From the NCBI RefSeq assembly GCF_006345805.1, contig NC_043006.1, positions 83,142,001-83,206,000 of the forward strand: a DNA stretch of 64,000 bases, written 5' to 3'. Shown here in pieces: positions 25,428-39,378 of the stretch. The notes beneath the pieces were generated by a model. That model saw only the letters and a program-made list of their open reading frames with translations. It had not been told where the DNA came from and did no database searches. The DNA comes from Octopus sinensis (lineage: Eukaryota). Positions within the stretch are counted from its first letter, which is position 1; each line of letters starts with the position of its first letter. The position numbers and the translations under genes are program-made.

Positions 25428-27210
25428 AGCGGCGGTCCTCGGGGAGGCTGGCCTGGGCCCGACCTTTCGAGGTTGGATCGCTGCTTTGTATAGCGACATC
25501 GAGTCTGTGGTCAAGGTGAACGGCTCCCTTTCGAAGCCGTTCAGGATCGAGCGTTCAGTTCGTCAGGGGTGCCCCCTGTCTCCGCTTCTATATGTGTTGG
25601 CTCTTGAGCCTTTGCTGCGGAAGTTGGAGGCACTAGGGGGTGCACCGCATGATCTATGGTGTGGAAGAGGAGCTAAGGCGTACGCGGATGACATCTCCAT
25701 CATCGTGGCAGATGAAGGCCAGCTTCCAGTGGTGGAAGAGGCCATCAAAAGCTACGAGGCGGTGGCAGGAGCAAAGGTGAACAAGGACAAGTCGGTCGGT
25801 TTGCAACTCGGCACCTGGAGGGGCAAGCCGATGCCGTCCAATAACGTCGTGGGGCGTTGGACGGAAGGTCCTGTTAACCTGCTCGGAGTCTGGATTGGTC
25901 AAGACCTCCAGATAGAGAAAAATTGGAGTGAGGTGGCCGGCAGGGTGACCGCTCTAACCCAGACCTGGTCTGGACGCGTGTTATCCCTGCTAGGGAGGGC
26001 GGAGGTGGTGCAGATGTTCATAGCATCAGTAGTCACCTACAGCCTGACCGTGGTACCTTGCCCCGATTTGTGGCTGAACAAGTTGGAGAGAATCCCTTCC
26101 CACTTTTCGTGGAAAGGAGGAAAGCCACTTGTAAAGCGCTCTGTCTGCTGCCAGAAACCGCTAAAGGGTGGGCTAGGGATGCCTTGACTGAAGATGCGAA
26201 AATTCGCGTTAAGGTTGAGGCACCTCTGGCTTTACTTGGATGGAGAACAGGTGTGGTCACCGCACGTTCGGTTCTACCTTCCGCGATTAACGTCCTTAAC
26301 GGACATTGGTAATTGGATCAAGCAGAGACCTAGTCTGGGACTGGCAATTGGAGTGCCGTCAGGCACTTCAGCTACTCTCTCGGGCGGGCAATGCCGGCAA
26401 CAGGAGTTCCACCGCAGATTTCTATAGCGGGTTAGTGGAGGTTAAGTCCGAAGACGCCTTGGGGGAGACCCTGGGCTACGATGAAAATCAGTTGATCAAC
26501 CTGTCCCGGAGAACGTTCGGGCCGGGGTATCTGGATAATTACCAGAAATCCCTGGCCTGGAAGTGTTTCCGTGCGTCGTTACCTGTTCGCGACAAGCTGT
26601 CCGCAATGTGAACAGGATAGGGAAACTGTCTTGCACGCATTCGTGGAGTGCCCGGAGTTATCGGGACTGATTGCTTTCGCCGAACAACTGTTGTCAGTGA
26701 ATGGAAGAGTACAGCTATCAGCGGAGTCTATCATTGAGATTGTTCCACCTCCCTTCCTCAGCAGGGAAAGGAAGGCTTGTTTTTCCTGCGTAGTAGCCAT
26801 ACTGAAAGAAACAGTATGGAAGACGCGTACGAAAGGTATAGTGACAGGTACCTTTGTATCCGGCCAGGGGTTGGTTAACTTTTTTAGTTACCACCTCGGT
26901 AGTAAGATTAGGCTGGAGAAGAGGTGTCTGTCACGAGATATGTTTGTGAAAAGATGGAAGTCTGTAGCTTGCAAGCTGGGTATATTTTGCACCAGGTAAG
27001 TGTGGCCGGATCAAGAAGTAAAGGTTCTACCCAGATAGCTGGGTTCCTTGCCCTACTGTGTAATATTAAATTTGTAAACTTTATATTGTAAATATTGTAC
27101 ACATTATATTGTAAATACTAAAACGTTTTAAGCTACTACACCCTATATGTTTGTCTGTATTTGTATGTCCCCTTTATGTAACGCCTTAATGGCGAATTTT
27201 CATGAAATAA
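25428..27210 (+). mobile_element. L1/Tx1-like LINE, 5' truncated, inserted into a SINE head
   Basis: RT motifs VRQGCPLSPLLY, AYADD and KGGLGMP, and C-terminal CPQC...ETVLHAFVEC. 3' AATAAA. The interrupted SINE resumes at 27211. Confidence 0.92.
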
Positions 27211-27368
27211 AGTAGCTTGCTTACGAACCACATGGCTCCGGGTTCCGTCCCACTGCGTGGCACCATGGACAAGTGTCTTCTACTATAGTCTCGGGCCGAC
27301 CAAAGCCTTGTGAGCGGATTTGGTAGACGGAAACTGAAAGAAGCCCGTCGTATATATATGTGTGTGTG

Positions 27369-27429
<61 letters not shown>

Positions 27430-27612
27430 GTGTGTGTGTGCGTGTGTGCGTCTGTGTTTGTCTCCCCGAACATCGCTTGACAACCGATGCTGGTGTGTTT
27501 ACGTCCCCGTAACAGACAGAATAAGTACTAGACTCACAAAGAATAAGTCCTGGGGTCGATTTTCTCGACCATGCTCCAGCATGGCCACTGTCAAATGACT
27601 GTAACAAGTAAA
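27211..27612 (+). mobile_element. SINE family B, remainder (its first about 20 nt lie at 25408-25427)
   Basis: AGTAGCTTGCTTACGAACCACATGG...AAGCCCGTCG, then (TA)(TG)n, then the tail to AACAAGTAAAAG. Confidence 0.88.
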
Positions 27613-29198
27613 AGAATAAATGAGTATGTATGACGTAGTGTTTTGCGTTTGTGTATGCGTGTGCGTGTCTGTGTGTGTGTGTGCGTTCAATATATGGGTA
27701 GGTGAGTGAGTGTTTGAGGGAAAATATTGACGTCGAGCCTATGCAAATGTGTATGTGAGAGTGTGTGTTCATGGATGTATGTATGGTGGGATTCTTATGC
27801 ACATGCGTGTGTATGCGTGTGCGAATAAATGTGTATATAACGTACGAGTGCTAAAGTATGTATGTGTTCATGAGTGTATGTCTGTGTGTGTGTGTGCGTA
27901 TGCGTGAGTGTGCATGTGTGCGTGTGTGTGTATGTATATGTGTTTCGAGGGCTGTTTGCGGATGTGTCTGTTTGATGGGGAGTACATGAAGGTATGTGTG
28001 TGTGTATATGTGTGTGTGTATGTGTGTATGCGTGTGCGTACCTTTGGTTAAGCATATGCGTATGTGACTGTGCAAGCGGGTGTACGTGGGTGTCTGGAAA
28101 AAATATACACTGATGTGTAAGAATCCAGGCACACACACACATACTTACATATATGTATGTGTGGTGGGGTGTATGCATGCATGCATGGATAAGTGGATAG
28201 ATGGATTTATGTATGTATGTATGTATGTATGTATATAGCTATGTGTGTGTGTATGTATATATATATGTATGGATGTATGGATGGTGGATGGATGGATGGA
28301 TGGATGGATTGATGGATGTGTGTGCGTGCGTGTGTGTGTGTGTGTGTGTGTAAATATAAAGTTTAATCTTTCACCAGGTCGAAATGATAAAGGAAAAGAC
28401 AAAACTACAGAGGCAGAGAGAAAGAGAGGCAGAGAAAGAGTAGAAGGAGAGAGAGAGGGGTAGAAAGACAGGCGCGTAGGCACAGAGAGAGTGAGATAGT
28501 GTGTTAGAGAGAAAGTGAGGGGGGGGTCGTGAAAGATAAAATATGTGAGAGGAAGAGGAATATATTTAAGGGGAGAATGAAGATAAAGTTATGTAAATAG
28601 AAGCTGGCTAACGACTTTCATTGTACGGGAAGAAAATAGAGAGAGACAAAGAGAGAGAGAGAAATAAATTAGTGAGGGTCGGGGAGTAGGTGTGTGTGTG
28701 TGTGTGTGTATGTGTGTGCGTGTGCGTATGCAATAGAGAGAGAGAAAGACAAACAGACAGAGAGAAAGTGATATGCAGAAAGGAAACTATAGAAAATATA
28801 GAGGAGATGCGCGCGCGCGCGCGCGTGTGTGTGTTTGTGTGTGTGTTTAGGAGTGTGTGTGTATATATACCAAAAGTGGCCCACTTGGCACCGTGCATTC
28901 GTCGTCGCATAACGGCGGCCGCCTCCGATCGGGAGAGGAGCGGCCCGTTTCGCCCGTTCCGAGTGTGAGTGTATGTGTGTGTACATCTCTATATACGTGT
29001 GTACATATCTGTATACCGCACACATAAACACACACACATATATATATATATACACACACAAATGTGTGAATATGGTGAGTGCATATGTGTAAAGGTGTTT
29101 ATATATATATATGCACGTACCCTTGTTTGTGTGTGTATATGTTTGTGTGTCTGTATATGTTTATGCGTACCTGCACACATTCATATATATATATATAT

Positions 29199-29313
29199 GT
29201 TCGCATGAATGCGGGTACGCGTGTGTGTGTCAATGTGCTTGAAGGTGATTGTGAATGTGAGCAATATGTGTATAATATATATATATATATATATGTATAT
29301 ATGTGTGTGTGTG

Positions 29314-29352
<39 letters not shown>

Positions 29353-29648
29353 GTGTATACACACACACACCATTATACTGCTATCCCGTTGTGATTACAC
29401 AATTAGTGTATGAAATACACAGACACTACTAAACATGTGTTGGTATTCTCAACCACCCTACCACGTTTACACACACACACATGCACACACTCACCCCCCT
29501 CACATATACCGCCACACATATATATATGCATACATATATTAATATATGCAGGCATGCGCATATATATATGTATGTATATATGTATGTATGTATGTATGTA
29601 TGCATGTGTATATATCTATATCTATATACATATATATAATATATATAT

Positions 29649-29693
<45 letters not shown>

Positions 29694-29755
29694 CGCATGA
29701 ATGCGGGTACGCGTGTGTGTGTCAATGTGCTTGAAGGTGATTGTGAATGTGAGCA

Positions 29756-29795
<40 letters not shown>

Positions 29796-30125
29796 GTGTG
29801 TGTGTGTTTTTGTGTGTGTGGTGTGTGTGTGTGTGTGTGCGTGTGTGTATACACACACACACCATTATACTGCTATCCCGTTGTGATTACACAATTAGTG
29901 TATGAAATACACAGACACTACTAAACATGTGTTGGTATTCTCAACCACCCTACCACGTTTACACACACACACATGCACACACTCACCCCCCTCACATATA
30001 CCGCCACACATATATATATGCATACATATATTAATATATGCAGGCATGCGCATATATATATGTATGTATATATGTATGTATGTATGTATGTATGCATGTG
30101 TATATATCTATATCTATATACATAT

Positions 30126-30180
<55 letters not shown>
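29199..30180. repeat. Tandem duplication, period about 492 bp
   Basis: TTCGCATGAATGCGGGTACGCG starts at about 29200 and 29692. The unique parts look identical; only microsatellite lengths differ. Confidence 0.9.
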
Positions 30181-30216
<36 letters not shown>

Positions 30217-30266
30217 TAGATACGTACAATTGGCGTACGTACACTTTGGTCCTTTATATGTAAATA

Positions 30267-30340
<74 letters not shown>

Positions 30341-30927
30341 TGTATGTGCTGCTCCACAGGCCTCGTCACCTCATTCTTCTCCCTCGTTCTATATTTTACT
30401 GGGGTTTTGTCGAGCTAGAAATGGTGTTGGTTTAGTCACAAAACTGAAACCCAATCCGCTACCTTTGCATCGAAACGAAAACATACCTTTCATAAAAAGG
30501 CGGCTCTAAGTTATAAAAAAAAAAGATAAGCATACACAAAAAAAGGGGCTTCTTTTCTTCATTCCGCACCTTTTTTTTTTCTACTCCCACCATTTTATAT
30601 TTTTATTTTTATTATATTTTGTTTATTGGTTTCTTTGGTTTCTTTTGTTTTTGTTTTTATTTCTCTCCTTTTTTTTTTTCCTTTTTTTACTTCACCTTCT
30701 GTTTTCGGTTATATGTTAGTATTGCAGTCAGAGTTATTACTCTTTTTCTGGAACAGACTTAGAGCTGACGTAGTGACGTACTTGTACGAGTTCACATATA
30801 GTCACACATATATATACGCTTAAACATGAACTCTCTTTTTCTCTCTCTCTCTCTCTCGCACACACGCACACACACACACACACACACGCACATATATATA
30901 TACTATATATATATAGAGAGAGAGAAG

Positions 30928-30977
<50 letters not shown>

Positions 30978-31022
30978 TAGACAGACAGACAGACAGACAG
31001 ACATACAGACAGACAGACAGAC

Positions 31023-31153
<131 letters not shown>

Positions 31154-31169
31154 CAGACAGATAGATAGA

Positions 31170-32995
31170 TAGAAAACTTTTTATTGTAGCCACACAGGGC
31201 TAAACACAGAATAAAAATGGACGAAATACAATGTAGAATTTTTTCTTTTCGAGGTGGGATGGGTGGGGCACAAAAAAAAACGTTTGATCAATAGGGATCT
31301 GTGGGTTGTGTGGTATATAAAAAAGCAATATATATATATAAAGTTCACAGTTTAGGTGTAGCCTTGGAAAGAAAAACCTACAAAATTTGACCAAGGTCAC
31401 CTCAGACAGTTCGAAAATGAACACATGAGTAAGTCACCTTACTTCTCGTTGTCTCTTTTGGTCACAGATTTACGCTTAAAATAGTGTCGTCTTTCATACT
31501 GTCATTTTTGCCACTTTTACCCACTTTTTATTAAAACATTCGTTCGACAAAGCCTTCCTCTCTATTCTCATCCTCCTTTTCAAGTGGTACTTGAAAAAGT
31601 TGACGAGAGACTGACCAGAGAGGAAGGTGTTTGTTTGCAGTCCTTTCAAACGCGTCCACCACACACATTCTTTCGCCATAGCCATCAGCGTAACGAAAAC
31701 CGTTTTCCCTTCCCGTTTAAAGGAAGTGGTGGAACATATTCACGATAGACTCGGCCGATAAGCGGGCCCGTCCTACACGCGACAACAGCTGTTCGACGAA
31801 GGTCCACAGCTCTGAAATATCTGGACACTGCACGAGTGCGTGCAGAACGGTTTCGTCGCTCTGGCCGCATCTCGGGCAGGTCGGTCCGGTGATGGTTTTC
31901 GAACCGTGCCTGTAGCTCTTCTCTCGAACAGGTAGTGCGTCTCGATAGCATTGCCAAGCCAGGGATTTCTGGAAGTCATCCATAGGCCCCGGCCCGAAAG
32001 TCGTCCTGAATTTCTCGTCGACGCCCAGATTTGCCCCGAGTGTGTCGTCGGACCTCCCCTCCACTAGTCCTCTATAGAACGCTTTAGTCGTTTGTAAGTT
32101 GCACTAGTTTGACCCCGGTCGGCAGAGCTGCTGTAGAGCTTGGCAACACTCTCGGTGCCAGTCGCCCAGTTTCGGTCTCTTCCTGATCCACGTTTGCAGT
32201 TCGGTCAGTGAGACGAGCTGCGGGAAGGCGCGCCTCACAAACGGCGCCCACACCCGTTCACCGTCATCGATGAAGTTCCGGAGATGTCGCAGTCTCAGCG
32301 CATGCCTGCGCATCATCAACCACGGCATGCCTAGTCCTCCATTCAACGGATATTGACAGCAAATGGACCTCCTCACAATTAGAACGCCACCCTTCCACAG
32401 GAAGCGGAAGAGTATGCGTTCCAGTTTGGTGATGGTGACGTCGGGACAGGGCACGACGGTCAGGCGGTAATCGATGACGGATGCGATGTACGCGTTCGCC
32501 ACCTCCGCCCGACCTTTTAGAGACAGCTTTCTCTCGGCCCATATTTGGCTGAGAGCGACCACTCTACTCGTGATCTCGTCCCAGTTCTTATCCATTTGGA
32601 GATCCGGACTGAACCAGACCCCGAGCAATTTAACCGGTCCGTGCGTCCAGCGTCCCACTACTGAGCCGCATTCGGACAGCATGGGCTTGCTTCTCCAGGG
32701 GCCGAGTAGCAAACCCACTGACTTTTCCGGGTTAATCTTCGCTCCCGTCACCGTTTCGTAATTTCTTAGTGTCGCGCCTGTCATCTGCATGTGTTTTTCG
32801 CTCGACACTATGACGGTGACATCGTCCGCATATGCCGACACGCTCGTCCCGCAACCCAGTTCCCGTGGGATGCCCCCCACTGTCGCCAGCTTCCGCAGTA
32901 GCGGCTCGAGAGTCAATACATGCAGAAGCGCCGACAGGGGACACCCCTGACGGACCGAACGCGTGATGTCAAACGGTTTCGACTGGTGGCCGTTC

Positions 32996-32997
<2 letters not shown>
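31170..32997 (-). mobile_element. L1/Tx1-like LINE, 5' truncated, inside a (GATA)n tract
   Basis: VRQGCPLS, SAYADD, GGLGMP and CPRC...ETVLHALVQC. The 3' end CCCTGTGTGGCTACAATAAAAAG runs into (TATC)n; the 5' break at 32997 also abuts (GATA)n. Confidence 0.93.
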
Positions 32998-33045
<48 letters not shown>

Positions 33046-33046
33046 G

Positions 33047-33121
<75 letters not shown>

Positions 33122-33205
33122 GGATATATATATAGATAGATAAATAGAAAGAGAGAGTGCGACAGACAGACAGACGACAGACAGACAGACAGACAGACAG
33201 ACAGC

Positions 33206-33260
<55 letters not shown>

Positions 33261-33338
33261 ACAGACAGACGACAGACAGACAGACGGATGGACGGACAGC
33301 TAGACAGTCAGACAGACAGATAGACTGACCGACCGACC

Positions 33339-33389
<51 letters not shown>

Positions 33390-33417
33390 TGATAGACAGA
33401 CAGACAGACAGACAGAC

Positions 33418-33504
<87 letters not shown>

Positions 33505-33543
33505 GGATATATATATAGATAGATAAATAGAAAGAGAGAGTGC

Positions 33544-33575
<32 letters not shown>

Positions 33576-33577
33576 GC

Positions 33578-33648
<71 letters not shown>

Positions 33649-33727
33649 ACAGACAGACAGACAGACAGACAGACGGATGGACGGACAGCTAGACAGTCAG
33701 ACAGACAGATAGACTGACCGACCGACC

Positions 33728-33778
<51 letters not shown>

Positions 33779-33806
33779 TGATAGACAGACAGACAGACAG
33801 ACAGAC

Positions 33807-33855
<49 letters not shown>

Positions 33856-33868
33856 TAGATAGATAAAC
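32998..33868. repeat. Compound (GATA)n/(GACA)n array with an internal duplication of about 385 bp
   Basis: TAAATAGAAAGAGAGAGTGCGACAG and GCTAGACAGTCAGAC each occur twice. Confidence 0.9.
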
Positions 33869-33869
33869 A

Positions 33870-36290
33870 GATCATCATCATTGTTCGACCGTGGTCGAGA
33901 CAATGGAATTTACCATGCTACGCCAGACTTCACGGTCCATCATGGCATTACGGAGGTCCTGTTGCTGGATGCCTATATCCCTGGAGATTACATCAGGGTA
34001 GGAGAGTGTGCACCCTCTGGTATTGCGAGTAGATGGCTTCCGGAGGAGAAGAGTAGAAATTACCTCTTTTCAGCTCTACAACAATGTCCAGCAAACTGAG
34101 CTCTCCTACCTTTCACAAGAGATGAGACAGGTGGTAGTTTCCCATATATTTGCATTTTGGTTGGATGGCGCTTCCACGAGAGATTTTGAGCTCTCATAAG
34201 GAGGCGAGTGTAGGTTCCATCCAACCGCCTCTCAAGCTTCTTAGATAACGTCCAGGTTTCTGAGCCATATAGTAGAATTGGTTCGACTGTGGCTTTGAAG
34301 ATTTCAAGTTTGAAGTCTCTACTTAGATTTGATGACCAGATCTTATGCATGTCATTACAGGCTGACCAAACAATACCCTTTCTAGTTAGAAAATATTTTC
34401 CAGATGATGATATGTATGATCCAAGATATTTGTAATCAGAAACAATATTTAAGGGCGCATTGTTGAGAGTATGGATGATGCAATCACTGTTGGACAGGCA
34501 CTTGTTTATATATTCAGTCTTGGCCTCATTGAGGTAAAGACCTACACAATTTGAGGCTTGTTCGAGAGATTATAAAATAGACTGGGCATTGGAGAGAGAA
34601 TCACTGATAAGAGCGATGTCGTCAGCAAAGTCAGTGTCTGTCAAGTATTCAGCTGGGTGTCTGGAACTTCTTCTTGGTTTTATTTCAAAGCCCTTGCCAG
34701 AGATGGTATCAACTGACACACGTAGCACATAGTCAACGACAATGATGAAAAGAAATGGGGCGAGTGTGTCTCCCTGCAGTATTCCGGCTTTGATTGAGAA
34801 AGATGATGTTTCTCCGTCAGGGGTTAAGATGGTTGAAGACATATCTGTGTAGAGGACCTTGATGGCAGAGATGAATTTGTCTGGTATCCCATAGAGCTTA
34901 AGGATTTCAAACATCTTGTACCTATCTACAGAATAGAACGCTTTAGAAAAGTCTACAAATACCATTACAAGATCGCGATTAAATGCTTTTGATTCTTCAA
35001 TAAGTCTGCGTAGGCATAGTATCTGGCTCAGCATTGAGCTCCCATGTCTGAATCCATTTTGGTTCTTTCGGAGCAAAGGTTCAACAAAAAGGACAAGACG
35101 ATTTAGAATCAGTTTGTTGTACAGTTTTTCAGCAATTGACATTAGAGATATACCCCTGTAGTTGGTGACGAGGGATAAATCGCCTTTTTGGGGTATTGGG
35201 ATGATCTGAAATTGGTGCCAAATCTTTGGAGCGACAAAGGTGGAAAGTGTGTGGTTGCAAAGGTTGAGCAAAAGTGTGTGAAATCTATCATCCTTCCAAA
35301 TTATAGCTGGGATGTTGTCGGGACCAAATACTTTCGAGGCTTTTAGTTGCTTGGTGGCTGCTGTTAGTTCAAATATGGTAAAAGAGGAGGTGTTGATGTC
35401 CAGCGTGTCTGATATAGGCACACTTGGAAGAGTGGGGTTATCAGGGATTTTGGCATTCTTCCCAAGAAGGTTTTTAAAATGAGTTGACCAATTTTCTAAA
35501 CGCTTCTTAGCTGATCCCCCTTTAATTCAAATTGATGACCCAGAATTTTTGCCTGATAGATTTCCAGGCGAGATGGTGTTTTTTATTAATGTGCTCTTTG
35601 GATAGTTTGCTAATTTAGCCATTGATAAAGTCGACCTCGGCGTTCAAGTAAGCCTCATCAAGATTCTTCTTGGCAGCTATGAGTTGGATCTTCAGTGACT
35701 GGGATGGAGAACGGTGGTAAGCTAGTGATATAGACTTTAGATGGTTTCTGGCTTCGATGACATTTGGGGAATTAGAAGGTTTGCTCTGGCTCCTACTCTT
35801 CTTTTTGGGAAGAGTAGCCAGTGCAAATTCCTCTGTTGATTTGATGAGGCTGCTGTATACTTCTTCAATGTTCTCAGCATCTATTTCAGAAGTAGACAAA
35901 GATTGAAATGTGTTATAGACCTCAATAGTAAATTGTGTGGACATATCGGGGTTAGACAAGTCTTCCTCCCAGTCGATCGTTTTCATCGGGTGAGGCTTAG
36001 CTTTTTTGGATGAGCGAAGACTAAGCTTAATGGTAGCTGATACAATTCTGTGGTCAGAGCCGACAGAACTAAAGGAAGAGTAGGATCCCGAGTTTTTAAC
36101 ACTATTGCGCCACTTCTTTCGAAAGATGAGGTAGTCAATTTGTGCCCTATCACCAAGTGGGGACTCGAATGTCCAAAGTTGACCTTTTGGTTTCATAAAA
36201 TAGTTGTTGGAGGTGTAGAGATTAAATTCCTCTAAGAAGTCTTTGAGCATTTCCCCGTTCCGATTAGTTTTAGAGTTGAAAGTAAAATTG
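33870..36290 (-). mobile_element. RTE-like LINE, 5' truncated and disrupted
   Basis: APE fragment AQIDYLI...SDHRIV; RT GILQGDTLAPFLF and DFADD; C-terminal LLYGSETWTL and FAGHCCR; short (TGA)n tail. Confidence 0.9.
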
Positions 36291-36302
36291 ATAGATAGAT
36301 AG

Positions 36303-36460
36303 ATAAGTTTCTTTATTGGCCACACAGGGCTGCACACAGATGGGACAAGTTACAAGGTAGAGCTTTTCTTTTGGGGGATGAAAAAAACAAAAAACAAATA
36401 AAAAGGGGTGGCGTAGGTTTTCGATCAAGAGGGATCGTAAAAGGGAAGAAAAGAACAAAA
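36303..36460 (-). mobile_element. Short 3' end of a (GATA)n-associated Tx1-like LINE
   Basis: TTTATTGGCCACACAGGGCT directly after (GATA)n, as at 31180 and 44563. Confidence 0.7.
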
Positions 36461-36529
36461 TAAATAAATAAATAAATAAATAAAATAAAATAAAAAAGAA
36501 AAAGAAAAAAGATAGATAGATAGATAGAT

Positions 36530-36576
<47 letters not shown>

Positions 36577-36577
36577 G

Positions 36578-36651
<74 letters not shown>

Positions 36652-36661
36652 TATAGATAGA

Positions 36662-36790
36662 TAGGAGCAGAAGTGGCTGTGTGGTAAGAAGTTTGCTTCC
36701 TGATCACAGTGTCTACTACTATAACCTCGGGCCGACCGAAGCTTTTCTGAGTGGTCTTGGTAGAGGGAAACTGGAAGAAGCCCGTCGTAT
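36662..36790 (+). mobile_element. SINE family B head
   Basis: GTGGCTGTGTGGTAAGAAG...CTCGGGCCGACC...GAAGCCCGTCG. Confidence 0.75.
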
Positions 36791-36794
36791 ATTC

Positions 36795-38485
36795 TTTTAT
36801 TTGTTTGAGTCATTTGACTGAGGACATACTGGAATACCGCTTTCAGTCGAACAAAACGCCCCAGGACTTATTCTATCGTTCTCTTTTGCCGAACCGCTAG
36901 GTTACGGGTACATAAACACACCAAAATCGGTTGTCAAGCAATGGCGGTGGGTGACAAACATAGACACACAAACATACACGCACGCACACACACACATACA
37001 CACACACACACACTCATATATATATATATGTGTGTGTGTGTATTGGGTTGTCCGGAAAGTTCGTGTCGATTTTTAAAGGAAAGAAAAAGGTCAATAAATA
37101 CTTGCCATTACATTTTTAATCAACCAAATATGAACCATTTTGTTGCACAATGTGTCTCCATCTTTCCTTTAACTTGAAAATACCCTTTTCTCACAATTGA
37201 GGTGGTTTCATGGCAAATAATTCATCAAGGTATCTTTTTACATCATCCAAGGAATTAAAATTTTTTTACCATTAAGACTATTCTGCAGAGACCTGAATAA
37301 TTGGAAATCCGAAGGAGCAATATCTGGTGAATATGGAGGGTGGGGGTAACACATCCCAGCCGAGTTGCAGCAATTTTTTCTGGTTCCCAAAGAAACGTGC
37401 GGTCTTGCATTATCATGTTGGAAAACAACACCCTTCCTGTTGGCCAATTCTGGGCGTTTCTCTTGAATTGCTGCTTTCAACTCCTCCAGTTGTGTGCAGT
37501 ATTGTTCAGAATTAATTGTCTGGTTACTTGGGAGGAGTTCATAGTACAGAATTCCCTTCCAATCCCACCAGACACAAAGCAAGCCTTTTTTAGGGTGAGA
37601 CCCGCTTTTGGGGTGGCTAAGGGTGGCTCAGGTCGCTTACTCCAGGATCGCTTTCTCTGAACATTTCGGTAGATAATCCATCTCTCATCACCTGTCACAA
37701 TTTGCTTTAAAAAAAGGTGCGTTTTCATTCCGTTTATAAAGCGAATCACAAATGGAAATGCGATCCAAAAGGTTCTTCTCACTCAACTCATGTGGTACCC
37801 AAACATCGCAGCGATTTGTGTACCCAAGCTTTACCAGGTGCTCATGAACAACGGATTTTTAATAGGTTGAGTCTTTCTGCCAATTCTCGGGTTGTGCAAT
37901 GTGGGTTATTCTCAATTAATGACTTGATTTGGTCATCATCTGTAGTGGATGATCGCTCTTATCCATAACACAACAATCTCCAGCTCGGAACCATGCGAAC
38001 CACTTCCGTACAGTTCTTTCGGATAAAGAAACATCACCGTAAACTGCGCATATTTCTTTGGTTGCTTGTGAGGCATTTTTCCCTTCACGGAAAAAGAAAA
38101 GCATCAAGTGCCGAAAATGAAATTTCTTATCTCCCATTTTAAAGGGTTACAGAATTAACACAGGTTATAGGAACATAAACCTTCTTCCAAGAAAAATAGT
38201 TTAAACTGTGCTCTAAATGGAAGTGTAGTCAAATCCTATTTTATGGACTCAAACATTTTCTAAAATAAGTCGAAAAGTAAGCTACTATAAATCGGCACGA
38301 ACTTTCCGGACAACCCAATACATACGACGGGCTTCTTTCAGTTTCCGTCTGCCAAATCCACTCACAAGGCTTTGGTCGGCTCGAGGCTTTAGTAGAAGAC
38401 ACTTGCCGAAAGTTCCACGCAATGGAACTGAACCCGGAACCGTGTGGTTGGTAAGAAAGCTATTTACCACACAGCCACTCCTGCG

Positions 38486-38490
<5 letters not shown>
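36795..38490 (-). mobile_element. SINE family B split by a mariner insertion
   Basis: Tail at 36795-36965 and head at 38325-38490, with the mariner inside the internal microsatellite. Confidence 0.8.
37043..38318 (-). mobile_element. Full-length mariner transposon with frameshifted transposase
   Basis: TIRs TTGGGTTGTCCGGAAAGTTCGTG and CACGAACTTTCCGGACAACCCAA with TA on both sides. Motifs IVTGDERW, LCVWWD, HDNARPH and YSPDIAPSDF. About 1.28 kb. Confidence 0.96.
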
Positions 38491-38574
<84 letters not shown>

Positions 38575-38809
38575 AATATATATATTATATTATATATATA
38601 TATCTATATATACTATATATATATATATATATATAATATATATTATATATATATATATATATATTATATATAGATATATATATATATATATAATATATAT
38701 ATATATATTATAATATATAATATATATATATATATTAGACGCAGGAGTGGCTGTGTGGTAAATAGCTTGTGGCTGTGTGGTAAATAATATATTATAATAT
38801 ATATATATA

Positions 38810-38858
<49 letters not shown>

Positions 38859-38878
38859 TATATATATATATTATATAT

Positions 38879-38909
<31 letters not shown>

Positions 38910-38924
38910 TATATATATGACAAA

Positions 38925-39378
38925 TGACTGAAGCAAGTAACGAAAAAAACATACAGCTGTCACATTTTCTGGAGTTCTAACGGTCCCAGGTCTACCAGCT
39001 GATTTTCTTTCCAATGTGGATCCAGTTGCCAGAAGATTATAAATCCAAAGCAAAATTGTCTTCCAGGGGCATTGGGACTGAGTACGAAGCATCTACGGAA
39101 CGCTATTAATGATCGGTTATTTCATAATACGCATCAACAACAAAGCCACGGTATTCACCGGTCCAACTCATGATGGGTTCTGAAAATGATAAAGAAATTG
39201 TCATGATCATTAATAGAGAAAATGAACGTGATAGAGAAATCTTGATAATAATCGATGAAGAAAATGAAAATTATAGAGCCTAGCCTACCGAATGGGACCT
39301 GCCCCGTCTCTCTACCGCCACTACAGCCCGCACAGTGCCCACTCCAAATGTGAGAGATCCTTATGCCCTACCTTGTAT
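38925..39378 (-). mobile_element. 5' remnant of a Tc1/mariner-type element (DUF4817-like HTH)
   Basis: MSWTGEYRGFVV...TGSTLERKSAGRPGTVRTPENV, with a TIR-like TACAAGGTAGGGCA at about 39378. Confidence 0.65.
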
